Below, piece by piece: positions 34,163 through 49,200 of a stretch of DNA of 64,000 bases. Origin of the DNA: Lingula anatina (Eukaryota > Animalia > Brachiopoda). The notes beneath the pieces are model-generated. The model was not told the DNA's origin, searched no databases, and saw only the letters and a list, made by a program, of their open reading frames with translations. The stretch covers positions 48,338,788 through 48,402,787 of the forward strand of contig CM120640.1 of assembly GCA_051362555.1 (NCBI GenBank). Direction: 5' to 3'. A program made the translations under genes and the position numbers. Position 1 is the stretch's first letter. The number at the start of each line of letters is the position of its first letter.

Positions 34163-37100
34163 TTCCATTATGAAGAACAAAAAATCTAGCTAGCAATAAG
34201 AAATAAACAAATAATGATTTTGTGATTTTTGGCAATTTGCCATTCCCATTTATAATTTGATTGAAAATATTCAGCTAGCTGGCTGAAATGAAAATGGTTA
34301 TTTTGATCCCTCCCATTCTTTACTATCATTCATGAAAAGAAATGCTTTCAGTGGATGTGTAATGACATTTATTTTGCTTGAGGTTACAGAATATGATCTT
34401 TTACAAATAAGTCACTCAAAATTTTTTAGTATAAGGGTACTAAATAAATTTACTATCATATCAAGTAGCATGTAAATGCATCTGACCTTTGATAATAATT
34501 TTCTTAAAATGGAAGGCTTCAACATATCTGAAACAAACGCGCTGTGAATAATCTAACAAGTATTTAAAAATTCTATTTTTAGTCTACTTTCCTTTTTTTA
34601 TGTTAAAACATGTTTCATGCTTATGCATTTACTTCAAGATGTGGGAAGAAACAATGGTGGCTACATTTTCAACATTGTGGTTTTACAAAAAAAAAAAAAA
34701 AAAAAGAAGTAAATCGTGAAATGAATGTGTTGGAGATATAAATAGAACACTGGGTGATGATTAAATTAATTTACAAAACAACATGACAGCTTAATGGTTT
34801 TAAATGCAATTTTGTCATGTTTACTCCTTTTTAACTCAAGCAGAACAGTAGTGTTATTCTGAACTTTATGTTTACATTCAAAACCATTTTTCATTTACAT
34901 ATAATGCCACTGCACAATAGTCATGCCAATACTAAGATGTTGTGCATGTCAATAATTCTTGAGATGTTTACCATAAAATCCATTACATCCTTTAGCAAAA
35001 ATGCACTGTTATTTTTAACAGTCAAGCTGATATCTTAAGAACTTACAGTCAAGTATAAGCTTCTAATTTAAGGGCATGTTCTTCGTAAAATAAACAAGAA
35101 AAATATAGAACAATAGAACAGAAAAAGTGCCCTGTCCCTTTTTATTCAACGACATTAAGTTGTCAGTTAATATCACTAATTGGGGAAAAAACTTTGCTAG
35201 GTTGCATGATATCAATATATTACTCAATATGTCTCTTTTTCATACAGGAAATTGATTACAAACTTGCAAAACTAAATTAGATGCCCTTCCTACTTTACCA
35301 AAGATGTACAGTAGAAAAAAGATCGTGGTTCAATGATTTAAGGGAACCAGTATCTGTGTGTCTAACATGTTATCTTGATTCAACAAAAACACAGTACCCA
35401 TTTCTGTACCTAGCTAAAGAAAAGAAGAAAGAAGAAGAGTTTTTTTTTCACTTAAAAGAACATGAAAGGCTATCTACACTGCAGAAAACATGATGTTATC
35501 ATGCACTATCCATTTAAGAGTTTCCACACTTGTGATTCCACACTCTAAAGCTTTTGCTTGATGTTCCTTTTATGTTTCTAAATGTGTGCTGAGTGAAATA
35601 ATGTTGTCATGGAAAAGCAAATAAACTCAATATGAATTTTTGTATGCATGGACTGTACAATTTCTGGGGGAGGGGAGGGGGGTCTGGTTTCAGCCTTACC
35701 AAGATAGATTATTAATGCAGAATGTAGCTAGTACAACTTTTTATCCTATTATACAGTCATTTAAATGTGTGAAGAAGAAATACCCAGGGAAATCTGTCCC
35801 AAGAAATAACCCTAATCTAAGGTGAAAGTTAAGTGAGGTCTACAGAGAATTGTCTCCATTTAACATGGATACAAAGGATATGTAATTATCCTAATGCACA
35901 TGCAGTCCACATGCTTAAAATGCCGCAGTAAGAACTAATCATAAAAAAGAGAAATAATTAAGTAAATAAATATGTTTATACATTCCACAATACTCAAGCA
36001 GAACTGATATAAAAATTTCAGCTATGTAGACGGGTCATTTTCTAAATTAGAAGGGATCTTTAATAGCTAGAGACATATTGCAATATTTTTTATCTCTAAC
36101 AAATGGAGTGGGTTCTCATTTTTCTAAATTTTTGGGATAATAAGCATGTCTTTAATATTCATGTGGTAGCCTACTCTCCTTACAATATAACAAAAATATG
36201 TGCCATCTGGTTTTAAAATTGAACAACAAACCAGATTACACCCTAGCAATGTACTTAAACTAATACTGATACTACGTCAAAGGTGAAGCCAAACCCGCAA
36301 AAACTGTACAGAGTATTGAGCAGAAGGTCGCAGTTGACTGTGTGCACCAATTAGATCAGAAGTCCAAGCTTAAAAAGCACTCAAACTACATCCCATTTTT
36401 AAACTGTATTATCTCAGGTTGCTCAAGATATATATCAAAGTAGATCATCTTGATTATGAACTAAATGCAAATAATATCCATAAATATTATTTTGTTATTC
36501 ACAGGATATTATGACTAAAAATTAATATGGGGAAAATGGAAAGCCAAAGGCATGCTGTGTAGATGCAGAATATTTATAGGAAATATTATTTATTATATAC
36601 TGCCATTTGCATTGATCATGCAATGTCTATAAAAACATAAAATGGTCAAATCCCCATTTGAAATGCATAACCTAACATTGAACCAATTAACAGATTAACA
36701 ATAAAAACAACTGGCTTAAAAGGAAACTTGTGTCAATTTTTGTGTCAAGTGCCTTGTCTAAGATCGACTCTTTAAGTGTATTTTACATATACATTTGGTC
36801 GTCCCTTTTCAGTATTGCCCATCATTTGTTTTCAGAAAAAAATTAACTTCTGGTTATTCACTAACTCTTTGCATTTATGTATTTTTATCCTGTGATAAAA
36901 TGCAAAGTCTACAACAGAAAGCATCTAAGACAGCACTGCTTGATATTATAAGAGGCTAGAAAACATGCAAGAATCCACAAACTTTTTATATCAATGAAGG
37001 CAAAACTTTTATCTGTCTGGAAAGTTGTCTTGGAAAGCAATACAAAAGTAACATCCAAAGCAAAGTGAATAAGTACTATTATGCTAAAGGCTGTGATTCT

Positions 37101-37200
37101 GCACATCTTTAGAGAAAACGAACAGAAAAATATACATGCAAATATACCAATGCAATTAACATACATGCATCAGCCCAATCCACATACAATGTAATTCTAA

Positions 37201-37449
37201 GGTTGCATTCACATGAAAAATCTATTTTCTAAAAATCTATTTGTGGTATCTTGTGATCATGGTCTGTGCCCTGAATACCCTGCGGCGTAATTACTGGCAG
37301 CGCCGAGAATTAATTACAGCTTTGAAAGTAACTGGCTCGCACTGCCCGTAATTATGCCATGGGGTATTCAGGGCACAGACCGTGATCACAAGATACCACA
37401 AATAGATTTTTAGATTATTAGAAAATAGATTTTTCATGTGAACAGAGCC
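37201..37449. mobile_element. PIF/Harbinger (Tourist)-like fold-back MITE
   Basis: Near-perfect palindromic arms of about 100 bp, GG..CC termini, TAA on both sides. Confidence 0.8.
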
Positions 37450-38143
37450 TAAGTACCACCACTTTTTAAAACCATTTGAATAAAAAATAGAAACCCTCTT
37501 ATTCACATAACCTCATACATCATCCTTGCTTTATCTAAGTTATGTCAGATAGTGACTGAAAAATTAATTTTCTAAATGGGACTGAATGGCATTAGGCAAC
37601 AGCACAAAATATAAACAGATTAGATAAGTCATTTAATGAAAGGCAGCAAAATATCACATGTATATTTCATCAATTTCTGTTTTGTTGTAAGCTGCTTTTC
37701 ATAAAGAAGAGTACTGTTTTTGCATTCTGGGAGTGTAGTAACCATATGATACTACATGTTTGCATTAGAACCTAACAACTTTTAAAAGGACAATAACTTA
37801 ATTTGAAGAGTGACTAGACATAAATAATCATGTATTTACACTTGAATTTACTTGTGTAATATTTCTTAACTAGAAAAAAATCAATTTCTTTCCTGTCTCT
37901 TCATTTAATTGATTTGAGTTTTATTTGGTCTGGTCTGGAGAATTATTTGTGTACAGAAGGCATAACAGTGATGCAATTATTGGAAATGTGTTCCTGTCTG
38001 CTGCTTGCTGGGTTAACAAGATCAGCAGGTGCTCTTTTAGAACTGCAGTAAAAATATATCTTCATGTATTTGTTGCATGGTGCTTGTTTCATTCTACACA
38101 GTTCATCATGCCTCTGAGCACTTACAATCAGATTATGAATGTT

Positions 38144-38145
<2 letters not shown>

Positions 38146-38226
<81 letters not shown>
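38146..38226. repeat. Compound (GT)n(GA)n microsatellite
   Basis: Read directly from the sequence. Confidence 0.95.
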
Positions 38227-38231
<5 letters not shown>

Positions 38232-39376
38232 TAAACGTGTTTCCATATTTGTGACAAAAGAATTGAAGAATCGATTGATTGGTAGGCTAAGCTGGTTGGT
38301 ATGTTGGTTGGTATTTGACTAAATGACCATACACTCTGTAAACTGCATAAAAAATTATGCTTGAATCATTAAAATGTCCAACTCTCGAAACTTCACATCA
38401 GTTAGGACAACTTTTCAGGTTAGAGATTTTTTAATCAATCATCTGCACAAAGCCATATTTATATATATGTGCAGTAAAAGAGATTATTCACAAATATACA
38501 TGTATACATGTTACCTTGTAAGTGATTTGTTAACTTACCTTGAGATAACACGCAGAAATGTTGTTCCATATGTACTTACACAACTAAACATATTTCTAAT
38601 AAAGAACAAGTTGACATAGTGATCAGAAAGTTGTGTAACATCAGTGAAGACGAATGTATGCACGGGTAAAGAATATTGTATAAAACAAACAAAATGTCTA
38701 TAATTACTATTTGTGATTCATCAAATGATTTCAATGGAACAATTCTCTATAAATGTGAAAATATATCTGTTACTCATTCATTTCATATTTGTATTCTGAA
38801 AATTGTGACTTGTGTTCAAAAAAGTTTTAATTAAAGGTCAAATCATTAACTATAATCACAACATGTGCAATCAGCTAGTTACAATATATGAACAGCTTCC
38901 TAATCAAATCCACTTTCAGCATTACACGCAATGCAAACAAATAAAAAATGGATGATATACCTTAGGAACAGGTGTCTGCCATTTATTGTTACTGATGCTC
39001 TAATTATGAGTCTTTGGTTAATGCAAACAAAATGTAAAACTGCTTAGTGATCCACAGAAGTTTGGAACATGGCCACAGCACCCAGACGTATACTAGCACA
39101 ACTAGACATTAGAAAGCTACTGCCCAAAATAAAAAGGGGGGGGGGGGGCTTGCCAGAGACACCAACAGATGACAAAGACTTGGAGCAAGCCATTTGTGAA
39201 AAATTCTTTAAATTTATTCAATAAATTGATTGAACACTTATAAACCTTTGGTAAATACTAGCTAGTATACAACCACATACGACATTGTATACAGTCTATG
39301 CCAATTCTCATCCCATTCCATCTTTTGAGAAGCCAGTCAAACTGCGGTCAGCTCTATGTAATGAAGGTTCTCTATT

Positions 39377-39592
39377 ACCCCATTCCCACAGATTTTAGAT
39401 TGATCTATCCCTGTGGGGAGTCTCACTAGAATACTGTCAGCTTAGTCGGCTTAAGCGTCTGTCCCGGCTTCTAAAAGCTGTAAAGGGGGAATTTAACTGT
39501 TGTGCGCGCTCGGCTGACTGCAATTTAGTGTGAACCTCCAGGTAGTTAGGTCTATCCGGCTGGATCGATCTAAATCTTTGGGAATGCACTCT
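39377..39592. mobile_element. Fold-back MITE family A, copy 4
   Basis: cattcccacagattttagattgatc / gatcgatctaaatctttgggaatg ends. Shares ggggagtctcacta with copy 3. Confidence 0.72.
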
Positions 39593-40193
39593 ATGACTGC
39601 CTATGTTGACTTTATAATTGCACGTCCTACAAAGACTGAGAAAGCTTCACCCATCTTCAGTGAAAGACACCTTAAGCGTCTGCCATTAAAAGTGTCTTTA
39701 GAACGTTTGTTTCATTATTTAAAGCCCTGTGCCTAAAAAGTCCACACAAATTTCTTTTCTATGTGTCAGTTCAGTTTATTAATATAGATATGTAATAAGT
39801 ATCTACACTGCAACTGACAAGATTTGAAGAACAGTTTTCTGGCCAGAATTTTAAGTGCATGATTTATGTGCCCATGTACAATGATCAAAAATACTCTCTG
39901 GAATGGAAGATAAAAATATCTCACCCCAGCCTATAACTAATCAATGTTCTATCACTCTTCATTAATGAATCTAATTTTCAGTGCAGATCTCTATTTTGAG
40001 AAAACATTTCTCTATCTTCATTTGAATCATCCCAATGCCCATCTGGAGTTCCCAAATTTCTTTGAAGTCAAAACCAGTTCAGAAGATAACAAAATGACAT
40101 TTCAACTCGGACAGCTTTCTATCTTCTAACAGCTTTCAGCGTCTACCATGATCTATTTAATTTGTATACTCTTGTGAACTAGGGCCCTGTTCA

Positions 40194-40195
<2 letters not shown>

Positions 40196-40242
<47 letters not shown>
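40196..40242. repeat. (TA)n microsatellite
   Basis: Read directly from the sequence. Confidence 0.95.
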
Positions 40243-40243
<1 letters not shown>

Positions 40244-43200
40244 CCCCTTAAAAGACAAAAATAAAAGTTTGCCTGAAAAGCAATATCTGCATCTAAACAA
40301 GAGCAATTAAAAATGTAACAAAAGAGCATCTATGGAAGATTACTTCAACATGTTTGTATCTCAACTGATATTTTGTTTTTTATTAAGAAATGGAAAATGT
40401 AATAATGCATGATACAATTTTATGGCAAAAAGGGATCTGACTTACATTTGTAAGCTTACCTCACATTTTTTATTCATCAGTAAAATATTCATGTAGTCTG
40501 AGCATGCCTGGCAGATACAAGAGTAGCTTATGCACTTATCATATCTCACCTCCACAAAGAAAAAAAAAGTTTGATATAACAAATTGATTTTTGTGCTATA
40601 ATATGTTGGGTAGGTGAAGTCCAACCAACTGCACAGATTTATCCTAAGGAAATTCAAGTGTTCGAATCAAAATATCAAATGAAGAATGAAATCTTAGCGA
40701 ATGAAATTAGTAAAGTGACCATTTTTTTGTCACAACATTCCAGCTATTTTGTAAATGTTGTTCAGTGTATGCTTATTTCTCTTCTACGAAAGCATACCAA
40801 ACATTGAATTTAAGTTGGGTGTCACATTGTGAAATTCAGTGTGAGAATCCACACCTTAACCTGACTTCAGAAACATGATTTTATCCACTTGAGGCATGAA
40901 ACAGTTACACTAGATATAGCACGAATAAAGAACTGAAGAAAGTTGTCTGACAAACCCTGACCACTGCTGTTTTTGTAGGCAAAATGTAACAAACATGGGT
41001 GATGCAAGAGTGGAAACTGGCTGTTTGCTTTACCACATATCCTTTCCATTCCTGAGACAAAGAACAATACATGAAAGTCACCCACAAAAGATCCCCGTGT
41101 TTTTCAATAACACAGGGTATCAAAGAATGTTTAATACAGTGTAATTTTAGTTAATGCAATACTAAAGCAAGCTCATTAAATCTGTCTGGTATAGAGTAAC
41201 CCAAGAAGGCAATAAATGCAAATTCTCCTTTTTGAATGTCGGTGTTTATCAGCGTGTAACTCACAATACCAGAAACATGAGCCAGTTCAATGCAAAAACA
41301 GCATAATTGTGTCATAAAAATACCATGTGCCTATAAAATCTTTCCATTCCATTTCATCCAAACAGAAGCATGTAATAGCTTCAAAGGTCCATTTGCGAAA
41401 TTTGCTTATGTGCAATTTACTTTATTTTCATAATGTTTTGAATTAAAATTCTCATTCAATGTGTGTATGAACTGTGAGATTTTCAGTTTTGGGTGGCATA
41501 GGAATCTGTGCACACATTGAGGTCCTTATATTTTTCTTTCCACAAAAAGCTCTGTAAATTCAAAATTGCTCCCATGACCCTGGCAGATCCTTCTGTGACT
41601 ACTCACACTTCTTGTTGGATCAACAAATCCAAGCTCCATGTTTTGACAGTGCAGGAAAAACACACAAATTTTCAAAAAGGCAGGTAAGCAGAAATGAGAA
41701 AATAGACTCAAAAATAACTCAGTTCAGTAAACACACAACAACAGTGCCTTTCTTTGATTTTTCACAATAAACACCCTATGTGTGTCATGAGTATTCATTC
41801 ACTGCAGACAACGAAGTCCCCATGTGTGTGAGCAAGTGAGCGGGAAAAATCTGAACCACATCATTCACAGGTAAGATATCATTTTTGCATCATAAAGCAT
41901 TCCATCACCTCAGGAATAGACGATTAATGACATAATTGTGTGTAAAAATGCAATAAACTCAGAGAGTGGTAGTTCTCTAGTGGCTTAGTAAGGAGAAGAT
42001 TGCATTGTACAATTAACCCACTTCATTCAGTACTGTAGCTAATCGCTAGAACTCACTCTGTATTTAATATATTTACAGTACATGTATCATAACTTGAATT
42101 TAAAATACTAGAAACATTTGTATGATATAGGCATACATATCCTTAATCAAAGATATTTAATTATAAACTATATAAAAACAAAAATATCATAGCATTTAGA
42201 ATTTGTTAGAAGATTGTGCAATTCTTCTCTTCCAGCACTAAAGTTATACATGAAAATGTAACACTATGTATACCTAAAATGTGTTATGTGAAAATTATCT
42301 CAGATTGTAGAAAAAGATAACTATCACTGGGAAAATTAGACCATTCTGACAGATCTAAGCAGGTAACTGAGAGGTAAAAGCTGGGGCAACTCACTCAACT
42401 TTTTATTGTCCACTGCAGGAACACCCTGGGGTCTTAGCAAACCTGATGGTCTAACCCCTGCTCAGACAAATGCAAAAGAAATGCTTTGGTAACGTGAGAT
42501 GACAATTGTTCCCACAGAACTACAGCCAATATCAAAAACTATTATCAAGTGTGAAACTTGAGAAGGCAAATTATTTCTCCCTTTCAAATTCACTCAAAAA
42601 GATCATGTTGCAAAAGAACAATTCTATAAGATTTCTAGGCTAATTAGAACATCCAGTCTATTTAAGAGAGTTGTAAAGAAAGGGTCGTATCTAATTCACA
42701 GACAGAATTTGATAAACCATTGAACTTGGGCACCTTTGGGGAATGGACAAAGATAGACCTGCCAATTCAGTTTACCTTCGGTTTATTAAATTTATTGATG
42801 TCTTCTTTTTAAAGATTTTAACCCAATAACCCCAAATTGGCACTTGTTAAGCCAATGGATTTTCAAAGAAAATCACACAATATTGGATAATTTTTTTTAT
42901 CTCCTATTAAGTATGCCTGCATGAAAGGTCATGGAAATGAAGAAAGGAAAAGCATAATGGTTTCTACAATACATGACATATCTACACACGTAACCATCTA
43001 TAACATCAGCAGATCATAAAATATTCAGCCATGCCTCATTGTTTTTAACTACACATTCAATGCATGCAAAATACTTCTTTTACTCTATAGATGCCGAACA
43101 AACAAACCTACACGGCTCCATCAATCTTAATTGCTAAAACTGTAGAATGCATTTCTCATTGATTGATATTAGGATATGACCCCTAAACAATCCTTAAGTC

Positions 43201-46200
43201 TACATTGTGCAACAACAATTATGGCATTAATACTCTGCATGCCGAAATCAGAATATCAAATAACTTTATCAAGCGTGTTTTTGTGATTGTTAATGATTTT
43301 CATTGGTTCAGGATCAATTCTCCATTGTCTTCTTTTGCTGTCCTGGTACAAGTTCTATTCAGCTCATTACACTTATAAAGTGTTAGCAGAAATTGGTTTT
43401 TCATTACTACCTAATCAAATTTTGCGAAAAACTGATATTTTTTCTATATGTTGGAATGCTTTATGGCTTACTGATTTACTTGTATCACAGGGAACTACAG
43501 GTAAGAAATCTGGTTAGAAAGAGAAACTGTAAATCAATAATTACCCATAAGTAAGTTAACACAGACTGTAATTGGGTAAAATATTCTTTTTCAGAAAAAA
43601 AAAACTTAACAAAACAGCAATATGCTACATAATGCATAAGTTGTAATGAAACACTAGCCATAATAGAGAAAAATGTGTACACATATTTACTGTTGTTAAA
43701 AAATCTGCATATGACAATGTGCATTTGGCACAGCATTGTGAAATTCAAATATTGGTCAATGTGAAGTGAAAGATAAGAATGGGACATATTTGAGACCTTA
43801 CATAAACATTGTTACAAGCAATAGCTGATGCAGCACCATGTATTCCAAATCAAATTAGCCTTCATTATTAACATTATGTCAATATTGATTGATTGCTAAA
43901 ATTCAGAATTTGACTTACGAAATGTGTCACGAATATTCATATGTGTAGATCTATTTCAAAAGAATATGACTTGTGTTGCAACTAGGAGGTTTTCATTTAT
44001 CATAATATGTACTGTTAGCAAAGCATGTCCAAATGATTAACATCTTAGGAATGGCAATTATGTCAATGATTTTCATCTTAATTACTGCAAAATGCTGGTA
44101 TATCAGGATAACAGCCAGTCTAATTTTGATACAAATTTAAAGTGTAACTACTACAAGTGAAGCTGAAATTGTTTCAGAAGACAAAAGACGTAACCTAAAA
44201 ATCATTGTTTCATCTATGTGAAAATATGATGCTGAAAGGCAGGAAGGGAAGGGGGGGGGGGGGGGGGGAGGGGGCAGCATCCAATTTGTAGAAGTAAAGA
44301 TGCATGAAGATGAAAGCCCATGCTGCTTGTGTTTCCTTAATCCATGCAGAGCCCTCTATTTGCTGGGCTACCTGGAGCATGCCAGCATATATTACACACA
44401 GCAGGGAGCCACTGGCACATACCTAGCCAATAGATCCATACAAGCAGGCATCATTACCTGCTTAATGTATATCCAACTGATTGAGTAAGATCATTTACTT
44501 TCCGCCCACATTTCCATATCTATATCTATGCATGGTCTCTTGATCCATAAATGCTTGGCCAATTGTATTAACTCTTCTTTAAAGACTGCTTCTCTCTTTG
44601 GTTGTCTTCATATTGAGAGGAAATGATAAAACTATAGCTACTGGTGTTTTCTTATAAAAAAGGAACAAGAAGAATTCCGTGTCTGTTTTTTTTTTCTATC
44701 ATGTTAGCAGTGGAAAGAACCTTTACAACAGAGATTTGTATCTGTAGTTTTCATGACTATTTTAAAAATATTTATAGCATAAGTTTTGTGACTTTTGTTT
44801 CCCCCCAGGACATATTTGTTGCAAGAAATACTCTTAAGTTAAGGGTCCTTTTAGTCAGGTAATGTTTTCCAGAGACTGATCAGTTATTAATTGTATCATA
44901 AAAAAAATAAAAAGAGTTCAAATCTTGGTCAAGAAAAGATCCAAAAATAAATGATTGAACAGGTCAATGTGGCACCTACTTCCATCTAGTTGTTGTTTTA
45001 TTTATAAACTGATATACATGACCCATTGATCTCTAAGTTATATTGAAATCTTTAATTATCTAACAAATTATATTTGTCTATATTACAAACCAAATGTGAT
45101 AAGAAGACATTTCTAAATAGAGAGAAAAATGTACCAAAATCACAACTTTTTTGAAGTGTGGTCCACTCCCCTTAGAGTGAATTAATGCACCTTTGCTTTT
45201 TTTTCTGTCAATCTTCTAATCAATTAAAGGGACAGCATTAAGTACATTGTGCCTACTCCATGGACATTTTGAAGTAAGTGATAATTAAATCAGATACAAT
45301 ATTGCACCACTATATGCCAGGAAATGGGTAACAAAATCTGTACTGAACAAAATATAATGTCCAGTTGATTGATCAAGGACTATTCTTTTGGCAATGGTAT
45401 AGTTATAAACTGAAAGTGGCAACAAAGGCCTTAATGATGCATGTACACACCTGGAGACAAACCTGAAGACTCCAGTAGTATATTAATTTCCCGGCAACAT
45501 GCACTTTTTGGATTACCCCCAAGCTGGAAGCATGTTCGGTCTTGTGCACTAGTTAGCATGCAGATCTCGCGACAATTGAGGCAAAGGAGCGTCCAACAGG
45601 CAGGCCTAGCCTCCATCAATCAATAGAAAAATGCCTTGGAGACTAATAATTATCCCGAATATTGGAATAAAACACTAACGTCAATTCCCAAAGTGGCAGT
45701 TCAGTGCAAAAACTGCACAGAAGCCTTGTATGTACTTGGTTTGGCTCCGTAATTCAACCTGACAAGCCTAGACCCTTCAATAGTTAAATTGGTACTACAA
45801 CAAAAATTGACTGTGTCCTTGGTGCCGCTGTATACTAGATGCTTCTTCACACTAAATATCTTGCTAAATCAAGTTAAAGTCCCATCAAATTCACATGTGG
45901 CATCCTGTCAATATTAAATGGGAACTGTTGTAACTTACAGCACCAGACTAAGACAAGATAGCAATCTCTACCCAGTGATTCCCATCCCATCACCCAGAAA
46001 CTATTGACAAAACTTGAGAAATAATTAGTTCAACAGTCTAATATCACATATTCATAAACTTTACCTAACCTTAATTATCAAGCTCTTCCTGCAGTTGATT
46101 TTAGTAGCTGACTGGCAAATTGTATATTTTTATGGCATTTACACAATAATGGATAAGGAAAATTAGGTTTCAATTGAATATCAGATAGTTGAAACCTCAG

Positions 46201-49200
46201 CCTGTTTTTAAGTCCAGTCAATTAAGCAGAAGGCGTTATGTGCAGTAAATTGAGCTTGTTAAAAAGTGCCAGAGAGTCTAACACGGAATGATTTCGACTA
46301 AAGAAGGATCAATAATACAAGTGCTCATCAGGACTTTATAAACTTATTGCATAAGTTTTCAAACCTGTTTAATAGGAGTCCTACTACAACTGCTATACAA
46401 CTTTCAAACATAATCTTACACCATTTTTTGAATTTTTTTTTTGTAACATTCAAACTGCAAAGGAACCTCAGTAGTATAAATTATTTGCCTTAGACAAGTT
46501 AGGGTATCTCATTCTTTAGTCTTTTTCCAAAATGTTTTTAATTATCTCCCCCTTATGATAAGTGTTCTAGCTACTTTTCCTTGTGCCCAACTCTCTCTCA
46601 CACATATACCCACCTTTTCTTTATTTTAGTATTTCTTTGTGAATAAACATAAAATACCCAAATCCAAACCCAGATTCAATACTAAATCAAAGCATCATTT
46701 TACTGAAATAGATATTTTCTATTAAGTCAATAGGTGGTTTAAAATGGTAATGTCCCAGGTATATCTTTGGTGTCAGACATGTATCCCCTAGGTTAGACAA
46801 GAAAACTGACACAATTATCTCTGATTATGTAAAGAAAGCAGCTTCAGCAGCAAGGTGCTGCTGGGGATGAGACTAGCTATGTCTAGGTCTTACATAATGT
46901 TTGCATATATAAACACTTGATGTACTCTACTCTTAGGATTGCTCTACTACAAGTGCTGAACTTGCTTTAGGCAACCAAAAATACATGTAGGCTGATGCAG
47001 CCGAGGAGGAAAAATGTGCACTTATTTCAAGTCAATGCATGGGGTAATGCAATCAACTAATTCCCATTAAATCATCTGCAGGTTAATAAGATAAAGTAGC
47101 TTAAGTATTACTGTGCAAACTTCATTTGACAAATTTAGGTATTTGCAGCTGGCATATATTTGGTATAAATAATGACTATATTGTACTGCAGTATGTGAAT
47201 ACTTCATCAGCAACAATGTCCATTATAAACTTTCATGCCCATTTCAAACCACTTTTGATATGAAAAGGAGGAAATGGGCACATTGCCACTAGGTGTGACC
47301 CTAAGGGTAGTGATTGTGAAATGTTATAATTTACCTGAATTAAGGGTGATGTAGAAGGGATGGCAGATAAAGCACACACATGTAGATCAGAAATTAGCTC
47401 TAAATAGAACACGGATCAACAAGAAAAACAGCCCTTTTAGTATCTCACTTTGTTTAATGACCCAGTGGAGCAATCTCCTAATAATAGTGTGATTCCACAA
47501 AAACACTGGCTGATGAAACACTGCCAGGCACCAGCTGTGAAAGTCGGTGTATCAGCCAACTACTGTATATCACAAACATGTATTATGAAGCAGTCTCATA
47601 AAATTGGTACTAACTGTTCAGTGCATCATATCTTTTTCTAAAAATACAGTTCATTAATTATCATCTTAACAAGCATTTCATTTAGGTAATACTTTTAATG
47701 TATTTTTATTATGAGCCCTAGATTTAAATTGGGATTAAATTTAAAAGATAAAAATTGAAATTACGAAGTATTTTAAATGAGCTAAGCGATACTGACAGTT
47801 TACATTTTTAACAGCCAGGTGCTCCAAAAGTTCAGCACAACAACCTGTTCCTAGAATTAAGTGGAGATCTAGCAGCTAAGACAGGACAAGACACTAAATA
47901 TGTGGCAGTCTAATTTCATGCTTTGCCACCTGTATCTGTCAATAAAATACAATTTTACTGGATCTCCAGATCTGTGAACTGCTATTTTCATAAAAATATG
48001 ATTAGGGAATATAGCACAGCAGGTCTCATTATGTTAATTAAAAATAAATATTTCCTCCTACAGCCCCTGTGTGTATATGCTGTTGTTTTATAGATCTTTT
48101 GCAAATGACGTCATTTGCTTGCCTCCCATATGACTGGATGCCAAAATGGTTCAGGTGATCAAATTGTACATGTATATGCAGCCAAAGAGGTTATAGAGAG
48201 TTGGAATTCATTGTTTTCTGAAAGTATATGGACTATTCTTTGTGACTTCTTAAAAGGTATTAGAAAGGATGGTTAGGACTGGGTCTTCATATTTGTTCTA
48301 AGTGAAAATACAAACTAAAACACTATATAACTGCTAATCCCCGGCCTGCTTCTGAGTCTGTCCAGAAGGTAGGATTAGTGACATTGATACCAAATATCTA
48401 TAGAATCAATATTTTTTCAGTAAAGAAAATTACTTTAACTTCAACTTAATCAATGACCTCACAGAGCACGTTTCCATTGTAGAACATAATTCTCAATTCT
48501 CTGGTGGGACAAATTAAATGACAAAATTAAAAATTAAGCTACAAGCTTTATCAGAAAATCTGGAAACATCCATGGTTGCAGTATAATCAATTTGTTACTC
48601 AAAAACCTTATCAAATTAATTGGCCCATTTTTCACAAACTCATTAATGAAGATAATCTGCAGTCCCCATTTCACTTAGAATAATGAAATGAAATTCCAAA
48701 CCACAGAAAAGTTGGTAACATCTCTTGACACCCAAGATTTAATTAAGGATTAAGTCCCCATTTTAGCAATTGTCTGCCAGCGCTGTTAGCACTGATAGTA
48801 ATTGTAAAAGTTTATCAAAGTTTCTTTACAACCATGGAGTGCGCACAATCAGTACTTTCAACATTGTATTGTTCCTACGTGCAGGAAACAAAATGACCAT
48901 TCTTTAGTTCATTCTACATTGTATGCCATCCACTATCTTGATTGCTTTCTTTATGAGAGCACAAACAAATTGGGATGACAAGATCTTAATGAAATTGTAG
49001 GGTAGTCTTTTAAATCATTTCAGGGGGCATCTCACAAAAAATAGTGAATTTTGCTTACTCCAGTCTGCACATAAAAATACCCTTTTTGGTCATATATGAC
49101 ATGTAAATCCACTTTAAGAGTCTCCTAAGTGTGTGAATTGCAACTGTTACCCCTACAAAGAATAAATCCCTTTATGTCACAGTGACATTAAACTTTTATA

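Noticed and set aside
37201-37449. Long hairpins as miRNA or structured ncRNA genes
   Set aside because: TIR/TSD structure and, for the other families, multiple dispersed copies fit MITEs better.
41808-41870. 63-nt segment bounded by cag and GTAAG
   Set aside because: It has stops in phases 0 and 1, so it is incompatible with the Ig genes. The remaining frame has no recognisable similarity.
43491-43500. Strong-looking 10-nt AG..GTAAG microexon
   Set aside because: Not a multiple of 3, and no host gene is identifiable in this part of the window.
45431-45626. Bidirectional ORFs in a CpG-retaining patch
   Set aside because: No splice boundaries or domain signal, so it cannot be supported as coding.
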